Part shown: positions 31,450-45,828 of the stretch, one piece after another | How positions within the stretch are numbered: position 1 is the first letter of the stretch | How the letters are laid out: every line of letters begins with the position of its first letter | Assembly: GCF_009914755.1 (NCBI RefSeq) | Contig: NC_060926.1 | Reading direction: 5' to 3' (one strand) | Length of the DNA stretch: 64,000 nt | From: the human T2T-CHM13v2.0 reference genome, Homo sapiens | Program-made: the position numbers and the translations under genes | The notes under the pieces: model-generated | Databases searched by the model: none | What the model was told of the DNA's origin: nothing | Seen by the model: only the letters and a program-made list of their open reading frames with translations

Positions 31450-32149
31450 CTGGAAAAATATTTTTTAAAATCTTCTCAAAAGCATCTGAGAACTAGTCAG
31501 ATAAGAAGTTACCAGGTCACAACTTGCAAAAGAATAGGAACCTTAAGAAGTAAGCCTAGCATTACAAACAACTTTTGCCCTGAAAATATTTGCAAATTTA
31601 GAAGAAATGATTTGAGAGGATAGGCTGTGCTTTTGACAGCCTTAGGGCAGTAAGAGGACAAAAGTCAGAGTCTTTCGGGTGATCAGAGGTGAGACCCAAG
31701 GAATAGATTATTTGGCTTGGGATCCAATGTGCTTAGGTTCCCAGAGGGCTGTGCCTTACAATTAAAGTAAACCAGCCCTTCCTCAGACTATACTTTTCTG
31801 GGTAGCCTAGAACATCTCAAATTTCAGTTAGAGTAAAGAGATTCCAGATTACTAATTCCCTATGGCACCTAGAAGTAGCAAACAAGTTCTCTCTGAGGGA
31901 CAATAACATCATTTTTAGGTTCAAATTATTTATATATACAACTTATCAAATATAGTTCTAGAACATAATTAAAACATCACCAGACATCCAAAATGACAAG
32001 ACATAATGAGTCAGAAAACAATAATAGACAATACAAACAGATCCACAGAGATTCCGGTTACTGGAGTTACTAAATACAGACTGCAAAATAACTATATTTA
32101 CTGTCTTTCAGGAGAAAACAGCCAATGTTAAAAGTTTTACTACAAATCA

Positions 32150-32554
<405 letters not shown>

Positions 32555-33727
32555 TCACATCAAAATTAGTTAGAACTATAGAAAGAATTTGTGAAATGGA
32601 AGGTTAAACTATCCAGACTGAAGCATGGGGAGACAAAAGGATGGAAAAATACAGAAGCAAGGTAGGAGATGTGACAGATACAGTGAAAAGGTCTAACATA
32701 AGTTCAACTGGAGTCTTATAAAGGAAACTACTTCTAGAAATCCCCAGTATTTTATAAACATTTTCCATATTATAAATAAAGATCTACCTCTTTTGTTTTT
32801 ATAAGCTGCATGATAGGTATTCCATTATATTAAAACGCTATACTTTTTGATGCAATCCCCTTGGCTGTTTTAAAATTTGTTACTAAAAAATAATTCTTCA
32901 GTGAACATAATTGTGCATATCATCAAACATATATGCCAGCTTTCTTCCATAGGAATAGTCCTAGAAAAAGCATTTCTAGGTCAAGGAATATGTACCCAAC
33001 ATTGTCAAATCATCTTTCAGAAGGTTGGAAGAATTTCAATTCTCATTATATATGAATGTCCATTTCATGACCCTTAATAACACAATGTATGATCAGCCCC
33101 TACCAATTTGATAATCAAGAATCCATCCATTTTAATTTACATTTTTGACAGTAACTAGTCTATATATTTTTTTAATATAGTTGACTCTTTCAAGTCTTAT
33201 GAATTGTCCAAACATAACTTTCATATACTTTTCTTTTGGTATATTACTAGTTTGCAGGAGTACTTTATGCATTAGGTCTATTACCTCTTTGTTTGCAATA
33301 ATTTTCCTGAGTTTATCATTTTGTTTAATCTTTTTCTTGGTTCTAATTATTTTTTAAACTTTTTTCTTGACCCCCGACTGTCTCCTTTCTTTGTTTCCCT
33401 TTACAGCAAAAAATTTGAATGAAATGTGTATACTCAGTGTCTCTAGTTCTTTCTTTTACTTGTAAGTCTACTCCAGACAGGCATCTTTCAATATTCCATG
33501 TCTGCATCTATTGGTCTTTCTCCTACCACACATATTGCTCCTTCTCACTCTCCTTTGTTGGTTCCTCTTTATCTCTTCAACCTTTTTCAACTTTGGAATG
33601 CCTCAGTGCCTAATTCTTGAGTCTCTTCTCTGCCTGTTTCTATATTCAAGCAGTAGGTAATTACATTCAAGTTCATAGATTTAAATCTGTATTCTGATGA
33701 TTCCCAAATTTGTATCACTAACTAGGT

Positions 33728-34245
33728 CAGTGCTATTCAGTAGCACCACAATACAAGCAATATATGTGATTTTAAATTTTCTAGTAGCCACATACAGTGG
33801 CTCATGCCTGTAATCCCAGCTACTCAGGAGGCTGAAGTGGGAGGATCACTTTAACCCAGGAGTTCGGGGCTGCAGTGAGCTGTGATTGTGCCACTGCACT
33901 CCAGCCTGGGTAGAAGAGCAAACCCCTTCTCTTTAAACAAAACAAAATAAAAAAACCTTTTTGACTGAAGAATAAATCAAAAATGGCAAACCTTCATGAT
34001 AATATTCCAGCCCCTTTATTATTTTTAAAAAAGGCAGAAAGAGGTGAAATTATTTTTAATGCTTTATTTAACACAGTATATAAAAAATATTTCAACATGT
34101 AATCAAATAAAATGTTAATGATATGTGTTTTTCATACTAAGTCTCTGAAATCTGGTATGTGTTTTACACCTACAGAACATCTCAATTCAGATTAACCAGA
34201 TTTCAAGTGTTTAATAGCCATGTGTGGCTGCTGGTCAATGCAGCT
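33728..34245 (+). mobile_element. MER33 interrupted by an Alu monomer (~33795-33955)
   Basis: tttaaattttctagtagccacat...tttcaagtgtttaatagccatgtgtggct. Confidence 0.8.
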
Positions 34246-34527
34246 CTAGGTAATTTTGCTGATCTCCAGACCTCTATATCTCCATTTGAATGTCAAATAG
34301 ATATCTCACAATTAACCTGTTTCTCTTACAATATGCATTCATTTTAACAAAAACAAATCCTCTTGGTTTGAACCTCAGTAGATCCAGTATCTAATCACTT
34401 TTTATCTCCTCTGTTGCAGTCACTGTGGTCCCAGCTATCACATCCTGACTGGCTAGGTATCTGCATGGTTCTTTTCTTCTCTTTCAGTCATTTTTCCAAG
34501 TCTCACCTTATCAGAGAAGTATTCCTT

Positions 34528-35149
34528 TGTTACTGGCCAGGTCCAGGTCTGTTATGCCTATGCACAGTAAATCAATCACTGTAACACAAATTTTGCAAAA
34601 GAGAAAAGATTTATTTGCAAGGGCATTGAGCAAGGAGGAGGGAGGGAGAAGAGCTCTCGAGTCTGCCTCCCTGAAGAAGATAGGGCTTAGGGATATTTAT
34701 GGGTTAGGGAAGTAGAGTGGTCTAAGGCATGGGGAAAGGTGATTGGCACAGAGGAAAAAGGAAGTAACAGGTTTATTCTGCACAAACCTAGCCAGAGTTC
34801 ATGGCATTTCATAGGATGCTTAGGAGGATCTGAGGGTGGCATTTTTGGCCCTCCAGCATCAAAAGGCCACCTCTCGGGCATTTGCATTGGCCCAGTTGAA
34901 GGGTCTGTGGTCTCAACCAGTTTGAATTGGACAGGAGCTGGCCCAAGTTTCTGAAAAACCGAAGCAACCATTACTGTGGTGACCTTTGAACATTGTCTAT
35001 AAAGTGGCCAGGGAAGGTTAAGTTTGAATGTCACGCCCTTCAGCTGCTGCAGCCTTCAACTTCCAAAGAAAAGGAAAAAAAATGACAAGACGCAAGCTAC
35101 CAAAGGCAAGCAGGGCAGGCAGACCTGATCAAATTAACCCTCAGTTTCA
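34528..35149 (-). mobile_element. ERV1-class solo LTR (subfamily not assigned) inserted in an L2 fragment
   Basis: TG...CA ends (tgttac...gtttca); near-TSD CCTT/CCTG; minus-strand AATAAA at ~34610. Confidence 0.7.
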
Positions 35150-35274
35150 CCTGGACTACCTTATTTAAAGTATAAACCTCTCCTCCTCACATACAAATAC
35201 ATATCCACAAAAATCAGTATTCCCTTATCCCTTCGATGCTTTATTTCTTGTGTTAATTTTTAAAGAATTACTGT

Positions 35275-36156
<882 letters not shown>

Positions 36157-37607
36157 TGTTATTTACCTACTTTTATTAGTCTTTTAAAAGAATAGCTCTC
36201 CATTTTAGTTACCATTTTTACTATTTTTAAAGTGATCACTTCTGTTTTTGTCTTAACTAATTACATTTTAAACTTTTTTGGCTTATTTTTAGTTCTTTCC
36301 TAGATTCTTGAGAGTTGACTGTTTAATTCATTTATTTCTAGCTTTATTTAATAATAAGCATCTAAAGCTGTGACTTCTTTTGGATGTAACTTTGACCATG
36401 TCCCGTAGATTTTGGTAGTCTGTATTCTTATTGTCATTAATTTATTTTAATTATCAAAGTCCACATAGCTTACTAAGTGGCAAAGTCAGGATTCAAGGCT
36501 GTCTCCATGACATGAGATCTGCTTTTTAATATCTTCTCCTTGTAGAACAGAGACAGTACATTTAGATGATTTTTTTCAGGATCAGTGATTGAAATAATTC
36601 AGAGTTAAAACAAAATGAATTCCTTTTTTTTCCCCAAATTCATCAGGAACCTTTGTAACACTTGATTAACAGAATTCTGCTGTAGATACCTCAGCTTTTA
36701 GGGGTATGGAGAGTGACAATAAGTAGGGGACAGAGGCTCAAAATGATTTTGTGAGTTGGCTGGACTTCCTTCTGCTTGTCGCCTCTGGGATCATTTCATG
36801 TGTCCATTGGGATATTCTACCAGTAATTAGCTTGGGCTGCTTCATGTGGCAGCTGGGTTCAGAGTCATTATATGGATATCCCGATTACCCTGAGTTGATT
36901 TTATGAATGTACCAAATTCTTGCATGTACCCCCAAAATATGTACATCTAATATGTATTAATAAAAAGTCATCATTATTACCTTTTTAAAACAGTTTTGTT
37001 GAGTTATATTTTACTCATTTCAGTGATTTTTAGTAACCTTATCAAGTGTCACAACCATCCCATCATAAACCTGTCTTAGAACATTTTTATCCCCCATGCC
37101 CATTTATAGCTAATCTCTCTTCCCATCTCCCACAACCTATCCCAGGCAGCTACTAATATACTTTCTCTATATACATTTTCTTGCTTTGGACGTTTTACTT
37201 AAATGGAATTATGCAATAGGTGATCTTTTTTATCTAGCTTCTTTCATTCAGCAAGTTTTTGATATTAACCCATGAGGTAACATATATCAATAGTTTATTT
37301 CTTTCTGTTGCTGAAAGATTTTCCATTGTATGGATTTGCCAAGTCATTGGTTTTTAGTAAGTGTACAAATTGTCTTGGAAACTTTTTATCTAGGTTCGAC
37401 ATAAATAGGGTGATATTATGGTCTTTAAGACTCAATTTTTTAGATTTAAACTTCTTTTAGTGACCTAATGCATTGGTTTTTTAAAAAATGTTCCTTGGAA
37501 ATTTTAAAAGGACATATCTTTCTGTCCTTTATGTAGTTGTCAATTTATGCTTTTTAAGTATAATAATAGTTCAATATTTATACCTTTTCTAGATTATATA
37601 TCTTTGA

Positions 37608-37683
37608 ATGATGCAGGCCACTGCAGTGGTGGAGACAGCATCTGGTAAAGGCTACCACAGTAATGGAGGCAACCTCCAAAAAG
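37608..37683 (+). CDS. RBM44: RBM44 exon 2, first coding exon (exon starts at 37593)
   Basis: Acceptor cttttctag|; in-frame TGA directly before ATGATG; [25 protein letters not shown]; donor AAG|gtaagg, phase 1. Confidence 0.92.
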
Positions 37684-38099
37684 GTAAGGGTCTAGTCCAC
37701 TTACCCTTATTCTTGGTGGGGAAGGGTGTTAAATGTATTGTGCCAGACAGTTTGCCCTTCAGGTTGCTGCTTTTTAACTCTTCCTCCCTCTAAGGTGGTA
37801 AGACTCAGTATATTTTTAACTTGCCAAATTGACTCAGGTGATTTTTGGTGGATCAGGGCAGTCTAGGCAGGACCTTTCTTTAGGAAAGGGAAAGTGAGCA
37901 GGAAGAAAGGATTTCTGTCCAGCCAGCCTTTCAAGAACTGCTGACAGGTATAACTGCCTTCAGGGTGATAATCAGAAAGTGAGCAGGTTGACTTCTGCTG
38001 CCCAAGTTGTATATGTTTTCTTCTTCCCATAAATCTGAAATGTATTTTTCCTGGGTCATGGCAGCAAGAAAATAAGAAATAGCAAGAGTCTAAAAAGCA

Positions 38100-39260
38100 A
38101 GATGACTAAACTTTATGTGCTTATGACTGTATGTAGCTTAAACTATTAAGATATATATATTCTAGATTAAAACAAAAACTCTACATTGTTCATGAGACAT
38201 ATTTAAAACAGAAAAGAAAGGTTTAGGATAAAAGGATGGACAAGTTAAACAAATTAACTTAAAAATTTGGGGTGATAGTAGTAAAGAGCATAATCAATGC
38301 AGAAAGCATTGTAAGACGATTAAGAGGGTCATTTTAAAGTGATAAAGTTATACAATGAAGATGTCATTCATGAACCCTAATGGAATAAACAGTATACTTT
38401 GTATTCATACATTAAATGTTGGAAATCTAGGGAAAGGCTACTGGAGATTGGACATGATAATGGTTCTCTATCTCAGTAAATCCCAATAGGGTATTTTATG
38501 CAATTCAAAATGGTCCCCCAAAAATAAACTTAAAAAAATCTATTGAAGAGAAGGTAAAATAAATTTTAAAATACAGGAAAAAACTTACCAGATATAAAAA
38601 TAACCTGTGATACTATAATAATTAAAACAGTAATACAGTCATACAAAAAGATAATAGGTTAGTGGAGTGGAATAAATAGAAATAAATTCTTAGAAAATCA
38701 TGAAACAGAAACAGGAAGACTTCAGAATATGATAAAGATGTTGTTTCAGCTCAGAAGGAAAACAATGGATTATTTGGCAAATGGTATTACGACAATTGAC
38801 CATCCATTTTGGAAGAAAGTTAAGTTAGAGTTCTACCTTATGCTAAAGAGGAAAATAATACTCTGTGTAGTGTAAAAAGACTAAGTGTTAACCCCCACCC
38901 CCCCCTACACACACAATTAGAATAAATTATAGGAGAATATTTTTATAATTACTTGGTAGAGAAGACCAAAGACACAAAACCTAGAAGTTACAGAAGACTG
39001 ATGCACTTAACTAAATAACCTGGAAAATTCTGATATGACAAGATACTATAAAAAGTTAAAGCCAGGCAAGCTACTTGGGTGGCTGAGGCAGGAAGATTGC
39101 TTGATGCAAGTCTAGCACCCAGGCAACATAGCAAGACCCTGTCTCTTAAAATAATTTTTAAAAATTAAAAGATAAGCAATAAGCTAGGAAAATTCAGTTA
39201 TATTACAAATGTTAAAAAGAAAACAAAGAATTAGTATCTAGAATATATAAAAGACTCCTA
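38100..39260 (+). mobile_element. Old L1M ORF2 fragments with a short Alu monomer (~39061-39165)
   Basis: A-rich, L1-like phrases; by eye. Confidence 0.55.
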
Positions 39261-40494
39261 AACAACTCTGTCGTCTCCAACCACATATTTATAACAGCTT
39301 ACTGGACAGACATTCACATCTGGGTGTTTTATTACTAACCTCAAACTCTACTTGCCCAGAATTGAACTCATTATCCTCATCGTCCTCCTCATTTTTCCCT
39401 TCTACCTTCTAATCTGCTCTTCACACAGTCCCTATCTCTTTAGCCCTGAATATTCCCATTCAACTATAGTACCAAGTTGTAAACATGTAAGCATTATCTT
39501 TGAGTGATATTTAAGTGAGTATTTATTGGCCAATTGGTAAGTCATAACATCAGTTTAGCTGATTGTGATGAATTTTTTTTAAAGAAATGGAATAGAATAA
39601 AATAGAAAATACAAGAATACATTGGACATGGGTAAAATTTTTGTTTTACTTATACACATACATATATGTATGTGTGTACTGGGTCATGATATGACCAAAA
39701 TGTAATTCCGATTATGATCTTAGTAAAAAAAAATCTTTTGAAAACCACTGCTCTCTCTCTTCCTCTTACTATCATCTCTAATTGGCCACCAAGACATGTC
39801 AGTTGTGGAACTTTCATACCAGTCTCTTCTTTAGTCCCACCTCTGTTTTGGTACCTGCCTTTTTTCTCCTCTTTCAAGTTTTTAATCTTTCTGTTGCCAG
39901 GAATGACTACAACTCAATTCCAGTCACATGACTACCCTTTAATGAAGTTTTCAGTGGTTTTTGGTTGCCTTAGAATAAGAGCCAAACTTCTTAGCACATC
40001 ATAAAGGGCCTTTTTCAGTTGATAATTCCTGTCATACTCGTAAGAGTTCTTTCACTACAGACAAGTCTTAAAATTTCCTGAAAATGCCATGTTCTTTCAC
40101 ACGGCTAATTGTACTTGCGTTGGATTTGCCTAAAATAATTTTGTCTATTTTGTTTCAAAACACTTTTTAAATACAAAGTTTTTCTGAAGTCTGCTTCCCT
40201 TTTTTTCAAAAATTTACCTGCTCCATCAACACAACTCTGTCAGCACTGTGTTAAAATTACATTTTTGTGTGCTTACCTTATGACCCTATGAAAACTATAA
40301 GCACTTGGGGACAGCATCCGTGTCTTCTTTTTCTTTGTTTTTACAGTGCCTAGAGCTAGCACTGGAGGCGCCCAAAGATTTATTAAATAAATTTATAAGA
40401 AAAAAGTTTCTTATTAGACCATTTTACAAACAGTGGCTGCCCTGTAAACAGTAAATTTCTTCCCATCGAAAGAATTCAAGAAAATCTTAGCTGT

Positions 40495-40845
40495 TGTCTT
40501 AGGTCAGGCTGCCATAACAAAATACCATATAGTGAGTGGCTTAAACAACAGGTGCTTATTTTCTCATAGTTTTGGAGGCTGGAAGTCTGAGATCAAGGTG
40601 CCAGCATGGTCAGGTTCTGGTGAGGGGTCTCTTCCTAGCTTGTAGATGGCTGCCTTCTTGCTGTGTCCTCACATGAGAGAAGGGGGAGGCAAGCTCTTTT
40701 GGTCTTTTCTTGAAAGGACACTAATCCTATAATTAGGGTCTTGCCCTCATGACCTCATGTAAACCTAATTACCTCTCCAAGTCCCCATTTCCAACATATG
40801 GGTCTGGCCTTCAAGGCATCATTTGGGAGGACATGGTTCAGTTTT
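40495..40845 (-). mobile_element. MLT1A/B-type MaLR LTR
   Basis: ggctgccataacaaaatacca...ggcttaaacaaca...ggaggctggaagtctgagatcaaggtgccagca. Confidence 0.85.
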
Positions 40846-40993
40846 TAGCTGCTACTGAAAGGGATATTTTTCATGGATGATGTAAATTGTAATCCCGCAT
40901 TGGGAAGAGCTTAAACCAGATCATGTCTAAGGTTTTTCTAGTGTCTAGATTCTGTAATGTTGCTGTTAATGTTTTTATCCTTTTTTTAATCAG

Positions 40994-42597
40994 ATAAACC
41001 TTCAAATCCAAAGAAAGAAAATTTGTTATTATCCTCCAATGGTTGTGATGAAGTCAAATTGACTTTTCCTGATGATGACTGGAATTCTTCGACACTAGAG
41101 CAAAGAGCTAATAATAAAGAAATCAGCAATATTGACAAAATGGATTTATTAGAGCCATTTTTTTCAGTGAGTCAAGATACTAACACAGAGAGTACTCAGT
41201 TTCAGTCAAGTGAACTTGAAGACAGTACTGACTATGCTTTCTTGAATAAAACATATTCTATACCTTATTCAGAGTCAAAACTAAAGAAGGAAAGTCTTAC
41301 TCCTTTAAGTTCAGAATTAGATCCTGAAGTGCAGAAAAAAGAGGAGGTTTTTTTTAATATTTTGGAACATCAAGATAAGACTGTTGGCTTGGAAAGAATC
41401 TACAATATTTCAGATGCTAATTATAGAGAAAGTGCTGAAGATACACAAAAGCATGATACAGATGAAGACTCACAGCAGGAATATCACAGTGCAGAAGAAC
41501 AAGAATACATAAGTAACCATTTATCTTTTGACCAAACAAAAGCATTAGATATATCTAATCCAGAAGTTGTTGAATTAGGAAATTCGGGTTATGAAGTTAA
41601 ATGTGCTAGCAATGTAGAAGATAATCGTGTTAACTCGGGAAGTGGTTCTATCATCTCTTTCGATTCACTTGATGTTTATGGACAAGAAGAGTCACTTCAT
41701 GTCTCCAAATTTCAGAATTCTGTTATGTTAAGAGAATATCATGACCTAAAGCATGAAAAGTATAAGGAACAAGAGACTAATTCAATGTACCACACTGTAT
41801 TTGATGGCAGTGTACTAAGAAGCAATTCTCCAGGAAACCAGGAATCTCAATCTAAGAGTGGTTCCTTGAGCCCTCAAAAAGTATTAAAAATGAAAATTTA
41901 TACTGAAAACATGAAATCTCAAATAAATGAAGGTAAAGATTTTTGTGGAAATAAAATTGTTGAGAACAAAATATTACTGCACCTTGAAAATCCTAGCACA
42001 TTACCACAGGATAAAGCTTTAGAGACATTACTCCAACCCTGTAAAGATTGTCAAACTTCCTGGACCTCTGTTTTTGATGATTCGATAATTTCTGCCTGTG
42101 GATATTATGAAAGCCTACAAAACACTGCTGACTCAGCCTTAGATTTTTCTGCTATGCTACCAAAGATCGCAGTCAGAGATAATCAGGCAATAGAAGATAA
42201 TACGTCCCTAAAAGTTGCTCATAGCAGTACCACAAAGAAAACATGCTTTCACAATATAGGAGAAATGTGTACTAAATCATTGACAGATGCAGCAAGTTGT
42301 ACAGTCACAATTAATCAGACAGTGGACGTTAGCACTGATTTTAGGGCTTGTTTCACAACCAGCAGGGCAACAAGTGCAAGACCTTCTGTAGTATCTACAT
42401 CAAGCAACACAGAGATAACAATGATGAATAAAAAACGACCTGATGAATGGCAAAATGAGAAACAAAAAAGTGTGGCTTGTAGTACAGATTGGTCATACAG
42501 TGAAGATTGTATAGATACACAGATGGCTATAACAAAAGGATCAGGAAAATCTCTCTCCGTTGACAGTTTAAAACCTAATGGAAATTTTCTAAATAAG
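40994..42597 (+). CDS. RBM44: RBM44 exon 3 (1604 nt, acidic Ser-rich region)
   Basis: Acceptor aatcag|, phase 1 giving [14 protein letters not shown]; contains ORF 41023-42612; donor AAG|gtaaaa, phase 0. Confidence 0.95.
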
Positions 42598-42901
42598 GTA
42601 AAATCAATATGAGTAATAATAAAATTTGGACTTTATAAAGAGACAGTGTATGCTAATGTAAGTGTTTTTGGTTCGTTGAATTAAGGCTTTTGTGAGAAGA
42701 TGCTAGATGAGGGGAGTAAATTAAAAAGGGAGTAAATTAAAAAGTAAATTAAAAAAAAAAGACGTGTAAATTACCACCAGTTCTATCCTCCTCTCCTGGC
42801 AGCTCCTCCCACAAAATCCATTAGAAATTGAATTGTACATTTTATTAGTTTGGAATTTCAGATATAACTTTTTTAAATTTAATTTTAAATCATATTTTCA
42901 G

Positions 42902-42960
42902 GATTTCCTGGAATTAAGAAAAGCATGTGGTATCACAGACCTAAAGAAACATCCTGAGAG
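42902..42960 (+). CDS. RBM44: RBM44 exon 4
   Basis: ttttcag| [19 protein letters not shown](R) |gtacat; phases 0 to 2. Confidence 0.9.
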
Positions 42961-44175
42961 GTACATCATTTATATATGCTTACAGATACATCTGGAAGAA
43001 AAAATCAAAATAGTATTTGCTTTCTGTATAGCATACTTACCCATATAGAATAATAGCTAAAATGGACTTTAAGAAATCATCTGTTTCAACCGTTTGCATT
43101 CAAATAAATATTAAAACAATATAGAATATTAAAGCTCTTCACTTATTGAGATTTCAGTCTCAATTTCTTCAGAAACTCATGGCATCTAATCTTTACTTGT
43201 TCAACCCAAATCCATACTGATTTAATTTTCCATTTCCTTTCACTTTATTCACCTGTAGGCCAGAACAAACTAGCACCTTTGGAATATGTCATTTATTTGG
43301 AGAAGTAAATAGCTACTTTCACAGGAGCATTTTAATCTTGATTTTAACTCATTGCATAATTTGCTTTGCATTTATCAGATACTCTTGTAATTCAGAACAC
43401 AGTGGAGAACCAGGAAGTGGGAGGGAGAGAAACAGGGAAGGTCTAAGAAGCGAAATTAGTTATCATACTCTGAGGTCATTTACTTTTTCCTTCACTTATT
43501 ACTCATTCTTCTAATATGTTTAATCTGGCGTTTCAGTTCTATACAATTAAATTATTGGTTTCTAGAAGCAGAACCATTGAGAATAGCTAGAAGTGGCAAT
43601 TAGTAACAAGGGAAGACCTCCAAAAACTACTAATACTCAAAAAAACATAGTGATTTGGGGCTTTTTGATATAATAGTACAGCAAAATATTTGCTTATATT
43701 AATGATCCTTAACTATTAAGAAATATGTAAATTATTTTCTATTAAAAAGATAATATGTTTTAAGAATAATTTTCATCCAAAATGCTTATAACTTTTAAAA
43801 ATCTTGGCCAAAGTTTGATTTAGATTGAAAGAAATCCATTGATTCTGGATAAATAAGGTCATTACCAAAATGACTTTATAGAGAATAAGCAATTCTCCAG
43901 AATAAACAATTCTCAAATTCATACTTCCTTTTTTGGTAAAAGAAAGTATGAATTTGAGAATTGTTTACTTCCTGGACCTCTAGAATGAATATATTTAGCT
44001 TTAACTTCTTGTTTTCTGAAGTTGTTATATATTCCTACAGCCTCTTCATCTTTAGTATAAATTGATTTAAACTTGACAGGGAAATATAAAAAATTTAAAA
44101 TCTGTTTCTGGAGGCATGTTATTACTATAGAAAAATGTTTGGAATCTTACCTGATCCTATCTTTTATTTTTAAAG

Positions 44176-44352
44176 GGAATTTCAACTTTTTAAAGATACA
44201 GAGAAGGATTTGCCATCAATGTGCTGTCAGAAGATAATGCAGAGAGCCATAAAAGCAGAGCTGCACCTTTTAAATGTTCACTATCAGATGTGTCGTCGCC
44301 ATTGTTGTGATATTTACAAACTTGTCATGGAAAATAGGGAAGGATTAAATAT
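44176..44352 (+). CDS. RBM44: RBM44 exon 5
   Basis: taaag| EFQLFKD...[17 protein letters not shown]...REGLN(M) |gtgttt; phases 2 to 2; the donor is weak but required for phase. Confidence 0.85.
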
Positions 44353-44766
44353 GTGTTTATTAATTTCAAATCTGTTTTTTCTTAGAAATGTGTCACTAGC
44401 TTTAAGTTTATTCTAGAGAGTTTCTCTAATTTTCATTTTTGAAGAGTAAAATGAGGAGTAGATTGTTACTGGGTTTGTTAGTTAGCCTAAGGGTAATAGA
44501 ACCCTTGAGTTTCATGGAGGGGCCACAGTGCGTGGTTGGCATGATGAATCCAGTGAAAACATAGATTTGTTTTTTCTTTATAAAGTTCAAGTAAGGATGA
44601 ACTTAGAGAGTTTTTGCATGACATGCTACCACACGTTCTCTGGCTTATGTGTCAAGAGTTGTTTGTACTGCCTTTAGAAAAACATATTTACTGTGGTTCA
44701 TTTTTTTCTTTTACTCAGCATTTAAAAGAAAATATTTAGAGTTCTAGTAAAATTAGAACCAAGTGG

Positions 44767-44992
44767 GGTTGGGCAAGGTGGCTTGTGCCTGTAATCCCAG
44801 CACTTTGGGAAGCTGAGGCAGGAGAATCACTTAAGGCCAAGAGTTCAAGACCAATGTGGGCAACATAATAGGACCCCCGTCTCTACAATACATTTTTTTA
44901 CAAATTAGCTGGGCATTGTGGCACACATGTAGTCCTAGCAACTTGCGAGGCTGAGACAGGAGGATTGCTTGAGCCCAGGAGTTCAAGAACCA
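44767..44992 (+). mobile_element. AluJ, 3'-truncated
   Basis: Alu left arm and part of the right arm. Confidence 0.85.
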
Positions 44993-45071
44993 AGTGTATA
45001 ATATAATATTAGTGTTAAATGGATGACTTAGGCCTAAATAATTTAGTTTTGTGCACTCAACTTTTGAACAG

Positions 45072-45255
45072 GAATTTATCAAGTAATTCTGCTAAGAAGG
45101 AATTGGGATCAGCACTACTGTCTCTTTTGGGGGACTTAAAAGTTAGATATGTGACTTTGAAAGAAAAAATACACAAAGGCATACCACTGGAAGAGCTGCC
45201 CCCACTGTCACTAGAATCAAAATTATTATCTACCTTCTCTACTTTTGCTTCCAGG
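45072..45255 (+). CDS. RBM44: RBM44 exon 6
   Basis: aacag| [12 protein letters not shown]...[11 protein letters not shown]...STFASR |gtatgt; phases 2 to 0. Confidence 0.9.
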
Positions 45256-45346
45256 GTATGTATATATGTTTTAGAAATAAAAAATTTTACTTCATTTAGA
45301 CAAAACATTTTAAACAAAGATTTTTTTTCCTTTTCTCTCCTTCCAG

Positions 45347-45369
45347 CTAATGAAAAAAGAAACACATGT
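45347..45369 (+). CDS. RBM44: RBM44 exon 7 (23-nt microexon)
   Basis: Strong polypyrimidine tract plus ccag| LMKKETH(V) |gtgagt; bridges phase 0 to phase 2. Confidence 0.85.
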
Positions 45370-45743
45370 GTGAGTTATGGTTTCATTTGATTTATAATTC
45401 ATTAGATCCTAAAAATTGCTTAATTCAGTTAACTTTAAACTTTGTTTTGTTCCCTATTTAGAACATTGATAAATGTTTTAATGAAGTGTTTATCTTTTTT
45501 CTTGACATTTAATATTGTACAAATGTATGGGGTACATGTAATATTTTTTGCATGCATAGGATGTGTACTAATCAAGTTGATATTCAGGATATCCATCACC
45601 TTGTGTATTTGTCATTTCTATGTGTTAGGAACATTTCAAGTCCTCTCTTTTAGCTACTTTGAAATATACATTGTAGTTAACTATAGTCACCTTACTCTGT
45701 TATCAAACATTAGATCATATTTCTTCTGAAATGTTCTTTTTAG

Positions 45744-45828
45744 CTTTTCAGAAGCAGATGCTGAACAAGATAATCAGAGGGCTCATGATGTTGATGTTTC
45801 TTCAAACCTAAAAAAGACACTCTCTCAA
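45744..45828 (+). CDS. RBM44: RBM44 exon 8
   Basis: ttttag| [28 protein letters not shown] |gtaagg; phases 2 to 0. Confidence 0.88.

Noticed and set aside
41023-42612. 529-aa ORF as a stand-alone gene
   Set aside because: It begins at TTG and is bounded by splice sites; it is RBM44 exon 3.
42711-42773. Short GTAAATTAAAAA repeats in intron 3
   Set aside because: A small local slippage duplication with no evidence of function.
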